From an uncultured Candidatus Saccharibacteria bacterium (GTDB lineage: Bacteria; Patescibacteriota; Minisyncoccia; Phycocordibacterales; UBA2100): a DNA stretch of 34,403 bases. Where the stretch lies: positions 1 to 34,403 of the forward strand of contig CAZFMA010000038.1 of NCBI GenBank assembly GCA_964520015.1, in the 5' to 3' direction. The position numbers were made by a program, and so were the translations under genes. The notes below the pieces were generated by a model. The model saw only the letters and a list, made by a program, of their open reading frames with translations, did not search any database and was not told where the DNA came from. This document shows positions 23,854-32,877 of the stretch, in pieces (positions within the stretch are counted from its first letter, which is position 1; each line of letters opens with the position of its first letter).

Positions 23854-26033
23854 AGTTTCAATTTCGGTTCCACCCGTTTGAGCAGTACCGCGTTTGTCGC
23901 GACGATGATCGAGGAGGCGGACATCAAGAGAGCGGCGATCTCCGGTCGTAGCGACAAGCCAAGTGATGTGTAAAATACTCCTGCGGCGACGGGAATCGCA
24001 AGCACGTTGTAAATAGCAGCCCAAAAGAGATTTTGCTTCATCTTCGTGACAGTTGCTTTGGACAGACGGATTGCAGCCACGATGTCGTATGGATCTGATT
24101 TCATAAGGACGATGTTTCCGGTCTCAATCGCCACATCGGTTCCAGCTCCTATGGCAATGCCGATGTCCGACTGTGCGAGTGCCGGAGCGTCATTGATGCC
24201 GTCGCCGACCATGGCGACATTCTTGCCTTCATCCTGAAGTTTCTTCACATACTTGGCTTTTTCTTCGGGAAGCACCTGTGCGAAGTAGCGTTCAATTCCA
24301 AGTTGTTCTGCAACAGCTTTGGCGACTTGCTCATGGTCACCTGTGATCATGACAACCTCCAAACCCATTTCTTTGAGTTTTGATACTGTCCTTTTTGCGG
24401 AGTCACGCACCGTGTCAGCCACACCAATTGCTCCTGCAACTCTGCCGTCGATCGCCACGATGCTAATGGTGTTACCCGTACTCAGTAAGCGATCGATCTC
24501 GTTTTTGAGAGGCGAGAGGTCAACGTTGCTTTGCTGCATCAAACGTTCTGTCCCTGCGATGACTGTTTTACCGTCGGCAACAGCGCGGACACCCAAGCCC
24601 CCAAGCGACTCGAATTTTTCCACCTTTTTCTCGATTGTTACGCCTCGCTTCTTTGCTTCCTCAATAATGGCGAGACTGATGGGGTGGTTTGAGCTTCGCT
24701 CTACTGCCGATGCATAGGCAAGCACGTCCTCTGTGGTGTAGGGGGTGACCGAGACGACCTCGGTGACCCTTGGTTTTCCCTCGGTGAGAGTTCCGGTTTT
24801 ATCCAGTACAATTGCAGTAAGCCTTGAAGTATTCTCCAGCGTTGCCGCGTCTTTGATGAGGATGTTGTGCTTGGCGCCAAGCCCAGTGCCCACGGCAACG
24901 GCGGTTGGCGTCGCAAGTCCTAAGGCATCGGGACACGCAATGACAACGGTCGAGATCGCAAAGGTGAGCGCCCCAAGCAAACCTGCATTGCCGAAAAAGT
25001 ACCAGCCAATGAAAGTGGCGATACCAGAGCCGACCGCGACAATGACGAGCCGCCCTGCCCACAGATCGGCGATGCGCTGGCCAGGCGCTTTGGAGTTTTG
25101 CGCGGTTTCCACCATTTTGATGATCTGCGCGAGCACAGTGTCAGAGCCGACCTTCGTCGCCTTGAAGCGCACAGCGCCCGTGAGGTTGACCGATCCTCCG
25201 ACGACCTTATCACGAGCCTTTTTGGAGACAGGTATCGACTCCCCAGTGACCAGCGATTCGTCTATCGAGCTTTCTCCTTCCGTCACTTCGCCGTCAACCG
25301 GCACCTTGTCGCCGGGACGCAAGAGGACGATGTCGCCCTGCACGACCTCCGCGCTCGGGATGGAAATTTCTTTCCCCCCACGTATGACTGTCGCTTTCGG
25401 CGGCACGAGATCAAAAAGAGCACGCAGTGAATCCGATGTGCCCTTGCGGGCTTTCATTTCCATCCAATGACCAAAGAGAACAAAGGTGACGAGAAGCGCG
25501 GCAGCTTCGTAGAAGGTTTCGCTTTCGGGTTGTATAAACGTCAAGAGTACGCTGAAGAGATATGCGGCGAGAACGCCAGTCGCGATCAAGACTGCCATGT
25601 TGAGCTTGCGAGCTTTCAGCGAGTAGTAGGTGCCGGTAATGAAAATCGAGCCAGTCCAGAAGACGATGGGAGTAGTTAGAATCAGAAGAATCCAATTCGC
25701 CGGAATCGGAGTCGGCAGAGTAAGGCCAAGAAAATTGATGCCTACGGGTGAGTAGAGAAAAATAGGGACGGAGAGAATAAGGGAGATAAAGAACCGGCGA
25801 CGCATATCTGCCTCCATCGCCTTGGCCATTTGCGGATTCGTCATAGCCGAATCGTGATCCATATGGCTCATTTTCTGCATGCCTGCCCCGTTAGAAGTGC
25901 CGCTTCTAACGGGGTCGTGCCCGGCGTGTTCACCACCAGTCGTTGCAGAGGCGGGGATCAAATCCATGCCGCATCCCGGACATTTTCCGGGTTCGCTCTT
26001 ACGCACCTCCGGATGCATCGGACAGGTGTACAT
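23850..26033 (-). CDS. P1B-type heavy-metal (copper-like) P-type ATPase with an N-terminal Cys-rich HMBD and an unusual CPD TM motif
   Basis: 727-aa ORF. N-terminus is YTCPMHPEV...PGKCPGCGM. Other motifs are TGES, CPDALGLATP, DKTGTLT, ITGDH, GDGINDAPAL, YN..AIP and MSASS. Confidence 0.9.
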   Translation of the reverse strand: MYTCPMHPEVRKSEPGKCPGCGMDLIPASATTGGEHAGHDPVRSGTSNGAGMQKMSHMDHDSAMTNPQMAKAMEADMRRRFFISLILSVPIFLYSPVGINFLGLTLPTPIPANWILLILTTPIVFWTGSIFITGTYYSLKARKLNMAVLIATGVLAAYLFSVLLTFIQPESETFYEAAALLVTFVLFGHWMEMKARKGTSDSLRALFDLVPPKATVIRGGKEISIPSAEVVQGDIVLLRPGDKVPVDGEVTEGESSIDESLVTGESIPVSKKARDKVVGGSVNLTGAVRFKATKVGSDTVLAQIIKMVETAQNSKAPGQRIADLWAGRLVIVAVGSGIATFIGWYFFGNAGLLGALTFAISTVVIACPDALGLATPTAVAVGTGLGAKHNILIKDAATLENTSRLTAIVLDKTGTLTEGKPRVTEVVSVTPYTTEDVLAYASAVERSSNHPISLAIIEEAKKRGVTIEKKVEKFESLGGLGVRAVADGKTVIAGTERLMQQSNVDLSPLKNEIDRLLSTGNTISIVAIDGRVAGAIGVADTVRDSAKRTVSKLKEMGLEVVMITGDHEQVAKAVAEQLGIERYFAQVLPEEKAKYVKKLQDEGKNVAMVGDGINDAPALAQSDIGIAIGAGTDVAIETGNIVLMKSDPYDIVAAIRLSKATVTKMKQNLFWAAIYNVLAIPVAAGVFYTSLGLSLRPEIAALLMSASSIIVATNAVLLKRVEPKLKL
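25886..25914. repeat. 29-nt perfect hairpin made of the MITE terminal motif, inside the ATPase coding sequence
   Basis: The sequence is CCCCGTTAGAAG-TGCCG-CTTCTAACGGGG. It encodes PVRSGTSNG in the linker after the N-terminal metal-binding domain. Confidence 0.8.
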
Positions 26034-26140
26034 ACATCTATTGTACCGCGCTCGACATTACTTCGCGCGGACGAGAGTTTTGTATCAAGTCCAATTTCTC
26101 CAAACGATTTAAACGTTTGATCTCTTGCCCTTCACTCCGT

Positions 26141-26419
26141 TCAGGACCTAGAGAGAAGATCTCTTCGAGTTGGTTTGTTGGCGAAGAGAGCCATCTTTTT
26201 CTCTCGTCGCCAACCTTTGATTTCGGCTTCACGCGCGCGAGCTTTTGCGTAGGTACGAAATTTCTTCGAATACTTGAGTACGACGGGTCGGCGGATCTTG
26301 GTGTAGTGCGCGCCCGCCTTTGCACCATTGTGCTGCTTCAATCGTTTTTCGAGATCGTTGGTGCAGCCCACATAGAGCGTAGAATCGGCGCATTCGAGAA
26401 TATAGGTGAAATAGGCCAT
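26141..26419 (-). CDS. GIY-YIG nuclease family protein (UPF0213/YhbQ-like)
   Basis: 92-aa ORF starting [31 protein letters not shown], which carries the GIY...YVG motifs. Confidence 0.85.
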   Translation of the reverse strand: MAYFTYILECADSTLYVGCTNDLEKRLKQHNGAKAGAHYTKIRRPVVLKYSKKFRTYAKARAREAEIKGWRREKKMALFANKPTRRDLLSRS

Positions 26420-26462
26420 ACTTGTGAATAGTGGTAGTCTAGATTTTACCTCAATTCAATAT

Positions 26463-27161
26463 ATGGAAAAAGCACTCTATCCCATGAGGATCAATAAATA
26501 CCTGGCGCAGAAGAAATACTGCACACGCCGTGAAGCCGATGAGCGCATTAAGCTCGGACAGGTCGTTATTAATGGCAGACGTGCGGTTCTCGGAGACAAA
26601 GTTTCGGAATCGGATGTCGTCGAAGTGAAATGGCGACAGAAGAAATACCGATATCTCGCGTACAATAAGCCGCGCGGCATTATCACGCACTCTGCACAAG
26701 AGAATGAAGAAGAGATAGAGGATATTCTGCCGGTAAAAGATGTATTCCCCGTAGGCAGACTCGATAAAGATTCGTACGGCCTTATTATCCTCTCCGATGA
26801 TGGACGGATCGTTGAACCACTCCTCAATCCCGATACTGATCACGAAAAAGAATACGAGGTTTCCTGTCTTCACTCACTCCCCGCTTCGTTTAAAGAAGAT
26901 ATGGAAAAAGGGGTGGATATCGGCGGCTATGTGACCAAGCCCTCGCAGGTAACAATTCTTGGAGACAAAAAATTCTCAATTATTCTCACCGAAGGAAAGA
27001 AGCATCAGATACGCAGAATGTGCGGCGCGTTTGGGCAGAGCGCAATCTCCCTACACAGAAAACGAATTATGAATATTGAGCTCCGCGGATTAAAGCCCGG
27101 TGAGTACCGTGATATCGAAGGAAACGAGTTGAATGACTTTTTAAAGGCCCTCGGTCTCTAA
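26463..27161 (+). CDS. rRNA pseudouridine synthase, RsuA/RluB/RluF family, with an S4 domain
   Basis: S4-like N-terminus (RINKYLAQKKYCTRREADERIKLGQVVINGRRA) and the catalytic motif PVGRLDKDSYGLIILSDDG. The start is ambiguous: ATG at 26463 or ATG at 26484. The GTG at 26424 is unlikely. Confidence 0.85.
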   Translation: MEKALYPMRINKYLAQKKYCTRREADERIKLGQVVINGRRAVLGDKVSESDVVEVKWRQKKYRYLAYNKPRGIITHSAQENEEEIEDILPVKDVFPVGRLDKDSYGLIILSDDGRIVEPLLNPDTDHEKEYEVSCLHSLPASFKEDMEKGVDIGGYVTKPSQVTILGDKKFSIILTEGKKHQIRRMCGAFGQSAISLHRKRIMNIELRGLKPGEYRDIEGNELNDFLKALGL

Positions 27162-27163
27162 CT

Positions 27164-28303
27164 ATGTTCAGCTTCAAAATATTGAAACGCTCCAAAAAAT
27201 CCCGAGCGCGACTCGGCGTGATCTCAACGCCGCACGGCGATATCGAGACTCCGAGCTTCATCCCCGTTGCAACGCGCGCGACAGTGCGAACGCTTGAGAG
27301 CGATGAAATTCTTACCGCGGGCTCGCAGGTACTTATTTGCAACACGTATCACCTGCATGTAGCGCCAGGAGAAAAGATTGTAAAGAAAATGGGCGGACTT
27401 CACTCATTTATGAATTGGAAGGGGCCGCTTATGACGGATTCCGGCGGATTCCAAGTGTTTAGTCTCGGATTTGGTACGGATCATGGAGTGGGGAAAATAT
27501 TAAAAGAAGAACCGGAGCGATCAATCGCTGAAGGCACGCAACCTCGCTCTCTGAAGATAACTGAAGATGGAGTCCATTTTCGCTCCCCTGTCGACGGTAC
27601 GGCCTTGTTCCTTAGCCCTGAAAAATCAATACACATTCAAGAAGCGCTGGGCGCTGATATTATGCTTGCTTTCGATGAATGCCCATCACCTCTTGCAGAT
27701 GAAAAATATATGCGGCAATCACTTGATCGGACACACAGATGGGCGAAGACCTGCCTCGATACTCGCACTTCCAAAAATCAGGCGCTTTTCGGAATCGTGC
27801 AGGGTGGAGGCTTCGCGCAGATGCGCATTGAGAGTGCACAAATAATCGGCGCGCTTCCCTTCGACGGCTTCGGGATCGGAGGCGAATTCGGCTACGACAA
27901 AAACGCTTTGAAGAAAATGTTGATCAAAGTGAATGACGAGCTCCCGGAGAATAAGCCGCGACATGTGCTCGGTGTCGGACATCCCGAGGATTTCCCGTAC
28001 ATCGCAACGGCTGGCGGCGACACCTTTGACTGCATCGCTCCGACGCACTACGCCAGGCGCGGCGTTATCTTCACATCAAAGGGTCGCCTCGATATTCGTA
28101 ACCGAAAGTTTTTGACCGATAAGAAGCCCCTGGACGCCGCCTGCAAATGCGATATCTGCAAGACATACACGCGCTCCTACATTTGTCACCTAATGAGAAT
28201 GAAAGAACTCACCGGCATGAAGCTCGCTTCGTATCACAACCTGCACTTCTTCAACGCACAGGCCGCTCTCCTTCGCCGCCGAATCAAAAACGACGAGATA
28301 TAG
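27164..28303 (+). CDS. tgt: tRNA-guanine transglycosylase (queuine tRNA-ribosyltransferase)
   Basis: 379-aa ORF with TPSFIPVAT, LMTDSGGFQV, LAFDEC, and the zinc site CKCDICKTYTRSYICHL. Confidence 0.92.
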   Translation: MFSFKILKRSKKSRARLGVISTPHGDIETPSFIPVATRATVRTLESDEILTAGSQVLICNTYHLHVAPGEKIVKKMGGLHSFMNWKGPLMTDSGGFQVFSLGFGTDHGVGKILKEEPERSIAEGTQPRSLKITEDGVHFRSPVDGTALFLSPEKSIHIQEALGADIMLAFDECPSPLADEKYMRQSLDRTHRWAKTCLDTRTSKNQALFGIVQGGGFAQMRIESAQIIGALPFDGFGIGGEFGYDKNALKKMLIKVNDELPENKPRHVLGVGHPEDFPYIATAGGDTFDCIAPTHYARRGVIFTSKGRLDIRNRKFLTDKKPLDAACKCDICKTYTRSYICHLMRMKELTGMKLASYHNLHFFNAQAALLRRRIKNDEI

Positions 28304-28309
28304 GATCGA

Positions 28310-29791
28310 TCACTTCTCAAGATCGAGTACTTCGTCAATACGGATCTTTGCCACAAATTCAGGTACGTGGGAGACGAGTATCATCGCGCCCTCATACGAA
28401 TCGAGCGCTTCTGCAATGATAGGAATGTGTCGGAAGTTAATGTGATTGGTGGGCTCGTCGAGAATGAGAAGCGCGGGCTGGAGGAGAACGAGTCGCGCGA
28501 AGGCGACAAGCCCTTTTTGGCCTTCAGATAAATGCCCGATCTTTGCATGGATCAGTTCATCTGAGATCAAAAATCCTGCCGCGACGCGTCGCATGCTCTC
28601 CTCAATCTGCTTAGCCATGACTGCCATCAAGACATCGTGGACTGTGGATTCAAAATCGAGGTTTGAAAAATCCTGTCGATAGTAGCCGACTTTTACGCCC
28701 TTTGTGATCGTCGCGCCCGAATCAGCAGATTCGCCTACTGGGTTCGCGTCCGCGCTTGCGAGCGCCTCAAGAAGTGTCGACTTTCCAATCCCATTGGGAC
28801 CTTTGAGGAGAAGATGCTGATTCTTGCGGAGTGAAAGTGTTTTCTTGTGTACGACAGGCTTATGGTTCTTAATCGTTTTGTACGAGGTGATTCGCAGCAT
28901 TTCGCCGGTTAGATTGGGAGGACATGGAATGTGAAATGACTTGATCGTCTTGTCCTCGCGACGCACATCAACCATGCTTTCTTCTGCTTCCGCTGCTTTC
29001 TCGCGCATACGCTTGGCGACTAAGCGCAATTGCCCTCCCTTCATCGCAAAGAAGTTTGCCTTCTCTTTGTTGGCGATGATGGTCTTATGGAGCTGAGCAT
29101 TTTTCATGTTCTCCTTTTCCACTCGTGCTTTTATCTGCTCCACCACATTGAAGTAATTGCCAACGTATTGCTCAAGCTTGTGGGTGTGTACATCGAGATA
29201 CAAGACGCCGTGGGTAAATGCATTGAGGAAATCGGAATCGTGAGAAATAACCATGCAAGTCTTTGGATACTCGACGAGAAACTGTGTGAGATGCGCAATG
29301 CCTTCTTTGTCCAAATTATTGGTCGGCTCATCAAGAAGTAGCAGATCGGGTTTTTGAATAAGCGCTGAAGCGAGGAGAAGCCGCGCCTGCTGGCCACCGG
29401 AAAATGACTTAATGATTCGGTCGTGAACTTTTGCATGGCCTTTCAAATTAACGACCTCCAGCACTTCGTCGATACGCGGATCAATGTCGTACATCTTTTT
29501 TGGAAAGACCTTCTGGAAAAATTCCCGCACGGTGAGATCCATTTCACTGCGCGGTATTACCTGCCGCGCAATAGCAATAGAAAGCCCCTTATCAATATGA
29601 ATATCGCCTTCTTCAGGTTGTACCGCTCCCGTGATGAGCGCGAAGAGCGTGCTCTTCCCTGCACCATTTTGCCCCATGAGGGTCGTCTTCGTTCCGCGTC
29701 GAATAGAAAAAGAAACGTCATCCAAAATAGACTTACGTGGCCCATGCTCGAATGAAACGTCTTCGAATCGAACAATTATTTCTTCTGCCAT
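28310..29791 (-). CDS. ABC-F family ATPase (two ABC domains, no transmembrane domain)
   Basis: 493-aa ORF with Walker A motifs GQNGAGKST and GPNGIGKST, and signature motifs FSGGQQARL and LSEGQKG. Confidence 0.88.
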   Translation of the reverse strand: MAEEIIVRFEDVSFEHGPRKSILDDVSFSIRRGTKTTLMGQNGAGKSTLFALITGAVQPEEGDIHIDKGLSIAIARQVIPRSEMDLTVREFFQKVFPKKMYDIDPRIDEVLEVVNLKGHAKVHDRIIKSFSGGQQARLLLASALIQKPDLLLLDEPTNNLDKEGIAHLTQFLVEYPKTCMVISHDSDFLNAFTHGVLYLDVHTHKLEQYVGNYFNVVEQIKARVEKENMKNAQLHKTIIANKEKANFFAMKGGQLRLVAKRMREKAAEAEESMVDVRREDKTIKSFHIPCPPNLTGEMLRITSYKTIKNHKPVVHKKTLSLRKNQHLLLKGPNGIGKSTLLEALASADANPVGESADSGATITKGVKVGYYRQDFSNLDFESTVHDVLMAVMAKQIEESMRRVAAGFLISDELIHAKIGHLSEGQKGLVAFARLVLLQPALLILDEPTNHINFRHIPIIAEALDSYEGAMILVSHVPEFVAKIRIDEVLDLEK

Positions 29792-29821
29792 GCAGAGAAC
29801 CTACCGTATCCCTGCAATAAC

Positions 29822-30352
29822 TCAAGCGATCGAGATGCCTTTGATCACCATGGGCACAACCGGCTTATCTCTCCCATCGACTTCCGTGGCTTCAATCTCG
29901 TGCACCACATCCATGCCGGCACTCACGCGGCCGAAGACAGTGTGCTTCCTATCGAGGAAATCATTGTTTTTTACATTGATGAAAAATTGGCTGCCGTTGG
30001 TGTTGGGTCCCGCGTTTGCCATAGAAATGGTTCCGACATCATTTCGGTTGTTCGCCCTAAAGGACTGCGGTTTGTCACTAATCGCTTCGCTCTTAGACAA
30101 ACCGGGAGCATTAATCTCATCGGGAAATGTATAGCCCGGACCTCCGGTCCCCCACCGCGCCATCTGTGCCTCATCTTTGGTCAGTGGGTCTCCGCCCTGG
30201 ATCATAAAATCTTTTATGACGCGATGAAATTTCGTACCGTCGTAGAAACCGCTCTTCGCAAGCTTTACGAAATTAGCGACCGTCTTTGGCGCGTCAGTCT
30301 CAAAAAGTTCCAACGTGATATCACCCGCACTTGTATGAAGCACTGCATTCAT
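29822..30352 (-). CDS. ppiB: Peptidyl-prolyl cis-trans isomerase, cyclophilin type
   Basis: 176-aa ORF with FHRVIKDFMIQGGDP, MANAGPNTNGSQFFI and HTVFGRV. Confidence 0.9.
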   Translation of the reverse strand: MNAVLHTSAGDITLELFETDAPKTVANFVKLAKSGFYDGTKFHRVIKDFMIQGGDPLTKDEAQMARWGTGGPGYTFPDEINAPGLSKSEAISDKPQSFRANNRNDVGTISMANAGPNTNGSQFFINVKNNDFLDRKHTVFGRVSAGMDVVHEIEATEVDGRDKPVVPMVIKGISIA

Positions 30353-30364
30353 GCCTGTAGTATA

Positions 30365-31129
30365 TTACTCTGCCTTCTTGTTGAGGTACTTGGCGAAACC
30401 CGAAAATGACTTGAGCAATTCAAGGGGCACGGCAAATATGACCGTATTGGATTGATCGGAGGAAATGTCGTTGATCGATTGCAGGGTGCGCAGATGAAGC
30501 GCGCCGTCCGAGGATGCGAGGATCCGCGCCGCCGCCGCCATATTCTCCGCCGCAGCAAGTTCGCCTTCGGAATTGATGATGACGGCGCGCTTCTCGCGCT
30601 CCGCCTCCGCTTGCTTTGCGATCGTGCGCTCCATATCTCCCGGAAGAGAGACGTCTTTTAATTCTACGTTGCTGACTTTGAGTCCCCACGCGTCGGTTTC
30701 TTTATCCACGATCTCTCGAATGCGCTCCGCGAGTTTTTCACGATTCGCAAGAAGCTCATCGAGCGATACCTCTCCTACAATGTTGCGCATCGTCGTTTGC
30801 GCGTACTGCGAGATTGCGTATTTGAAATCCTCAACTTCCAAGATCGCCTTTTCCGCCGATTCGACGCGGTAGTAGATAACAGCATTCACGGTGACGGATA
30901 CGTTGTCGCGGGTGATGGCCTTTTGATCGGGCACGTCGACGGCTTTCACGCGCATATCGACTTTCTGATACCCCTGGAATATCGGGATAATGATGCGCCA
31001 GCCGGGCTGCATAATGCCGGTGAACCGGCCGAGCGTAAATCGAAGCCCCCGCTGGTACTGATTGATCTGCTTGATACTAAGAAGCAGAATAAGAAGCGCG
31101 AACCCGAGTACGCCGAGTAAGAATTCCAT
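30365..31129 (-). CDS. SPFH/band 7 (stomatin-like) membrane protein
   Basis: 254-aa ORF with an N-terminal helix and an SPFH core (VDMRVKAVDVPDQKAITRDNVSVTVNAVIYYRV). It has a coiled AEAEREKRA segment. Confidence 0.88.
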   Translation of the reverse strand: MEFLLGVLGFALLILLLSIKQINQYQRGLRFTLGRFTGIMQPGWRIIIPIFQGYQKVDMRVKAVDVPDQKAITRDNVSVTVNAVIYYRVESAEKAILEVEDFKYAISQYAQTTMRNIVGEVSLDELLANREKLAERIREIVDKETDAWGLKVSNVELKDVSLPGDMERTIAKQAEAEREKRAVIINSEGELAAAENMAAAARILASSDGALHLRTLQSINDISSDQSNTVIFAVPLELLKSFSGFAKYLNKKAE

Positions 31130-31175
31130 GAGCCGATTCTATCATATCGGCCCTCGCATTTCACTTTAACCTGCC

Positions 31176-32414
31176 CTAGTGTCCTCCCCCATGCGAACCA
31201 CTTGAGTCTCCAAAGAATATCTCCGGACGCTCTTCTCCTTCTACACGAAGCGTCCCCCACGCGCCCTTATCCATACGGGCAAGCGCATGATCTACGAGCA
31301 CATACGTACCCGGCACATCTGCGATAAATTCAACAATGCTCGCGCCTCCCGCGGGGACGATCGTGGTTTGTATGTTCGTATGCGGTTCTGATCCCATCGC
31401 CGCTTCCGGATAGACGGTATCAAATATTTCGCCGATCAAATGGAAACTCGAGATCAGGTTCACGCCCCCATTCCCTACATACATCCGCACTTTTTCTCCC
31501 TGCTTAATTACAACATTGTCTTTTGAGATAGCGCCCACACGTCCGTTGAAGACGATGTACTCCGGAATTCCATCGAGCATTTTTGACGCATCAATAACCT
31601 GCAGTCCCTTGGTCCCGCGCGCTCCGCCCGTATACAGCTCGCCCTGCATCACATACAATTCACGATCGACTTTTGGCAAACCTTCTTTCGGCTCCACGAG
31701 AATAAGACCGTACATCCCGTGCGCCATGTGATTGGCGACATTCGGATGCGCACAATGATACACATAGAGGCCGGGATTCAGGGCTTTGAAGCGAAGCGTC
31801 TTCTCTTCTCCCGGCATGACATCCGTCACGGTTGCGCCTCCTCCGGGACCGGTGACTGCATGAAGGTCGATACTGTGCATGTGAAGGCTCGTGGGATCAT
31901 TGTGAAGCGTAAGGGAGACGGTGTCCCCTTCCCGTATGCGCAGAAACGGGCCGGGCACCGTGCCATCGAACGTCCAGTAATTCACAATGACTCCCGGTGC
32001 CACCTCTGAAAGCACTTCTTTCGCGGTGAGATTAATGACAACCTCGGTACTCGATGGGGCGGGAGAGACGGGAACGTCGAGAGGATTTCTCGCAATATCG
32101 GGCACCCGCGCAAATTTGTCTATGTGCGCAAAGAAAGATAATACGTTCTTCAGAGGAAGTGTGGGGCCGTCTGCTGGTCCGTAGGTGACTACACCAAATG
32201 GATATTGCAAATTCTGCGGCACTCCGACGGGAAACCAGAAAAAGAGCATCGCGCCCGCGAAAAAGACGATGAGAAGAAGGGTCGTGCGCAGGGAGTGTAG
32301 TTTGCGAAGTACAACAAAAAGAAAGATGACCGCCGCGAGGCCGGCGAGCACAAGGCCAAAGCCCTGCACGATGAGGTAGTGAAGCAAAGACCAAAGTTCG
32401 GTGATTGTATTCAT
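31176..32414 (-). CDS. nirK: Copper-containing nitrite reductase (NirK) with an N-terminal multi-helix membrane anchor
   Basis: 412-aa ORF with HMHSIDLH (T1/T2 His plus catalytic Asp), YVYHCAHPNVANHMAHGMYG (His-Cys, His, Met), FHLIGE and VDHAL. These align with canonical NirK ligand positions. Confidence 0.85.
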   Translation of the reverse strand: MNTITELWSLLHYLIVQGFGLVLAGLAAVIFLFVVLRKLHSLRTTLLLIVFFAGAMLFFWFPVGVPQNLQYPFGVVTYGPADGPTLPLKNVLSFFAHIDKFARVPDIARNPLDVPVSPAPSSTEVVINLTAKEVLSEVAPGVIVNYWTFDGTVPGPFLRIREGDTVSLTLHNDPTSLHMHSIDLHAVTGPGGGATVTDVMPGEEKTLRFKALNPGLYVYHCAHPNVANHMAHGMYGLILVEPKEGLPKVDRELYVMQGELYTGGARGTKGLQVIDASKMLDGIPEYIVFNGRVGAISKDNVVIKQGEKVRMYVGNGGVNLISSFHLIGEIFDTVYPEAAMGSEPHTNIQTTIVPAGGASIVEFIADVPGTYVLVDHALARMDKGAWGTLRVEGEERPEIFFGDSSGSHGGGH

Positions 32415-32491
32415 ATATTTTTTTAAGACCTTGCACTACATTATATATTACTTCGGGGCTATTCGACCGAACAACAACACAAGGACGGTAC

Positions 32492-32848
32492 TCAAAATTC
32501 GTAGAGTTTGTCGCGAAAGTCTTTTATTCGGTCATTCTTGTCTATTTTGATCCGCTCCTTCTTATAGAGCGCCATACGCTTTTTGCGATACGCTCGGTTG
32601 ACCCATATCCTCCCGTCGCTGTAGACGATGCGATGAAATGGAATTTTGTGTTCCCCCTTCTCCCATGCCTTGCTCAAGATAGTGGTAATGCTCTGTGCAG
32701 CCATCCCGCCGCCGCCCGCGGCGCGCGCTATAGCGCCGTACGTACTTACCCGCCCCGAAGGAATCGAGAGTGCGAGCGCGACGACCCGCTCGCTGAAGGT
32801 CTTCCTTGCAGCTTTGTGTGTCTTCGGACGTTCTTCAAAAAGCGCCAT
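32492..32848 (-). CDS. MGMT-family DNA-binding protein lacking the acceptor Cys (alkyltransferase-like, ATL-type)
   Basis: 118-aa ORF with RVSTYGAIARAAG, and IPFHRIV in place of the catalytic PCHR motif. Confidence 0.75.
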   Translation of the reverse strand: MALFEERPKTHKAARKTFSERVVALALSIPSGRVSTYGAIARAAGGGGMAAQSITTILSKAWEKGEHKIPFHRIVYSDGRIWVNRAYRKKRMALYKKERIKIDKNDRIKDFRDKLYEF

Positions 32849-32877
32849 GCTCCCAGTCTACCGCAGGGTTGGGGTAC

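Noticed and set aside
26046-26121. Small hairpins (CCGCGC-N13-GCGCGG and CAAACG-ATTTAA-CGTTTG) upstream of the copper ATPase as a CopY/CsoR-type operator
   Set aside because: They do not match operator consensus sequences I can recall, and no metalloregulator gene is adjacent. They may simply terminate the upstream GIY-YIG gene.
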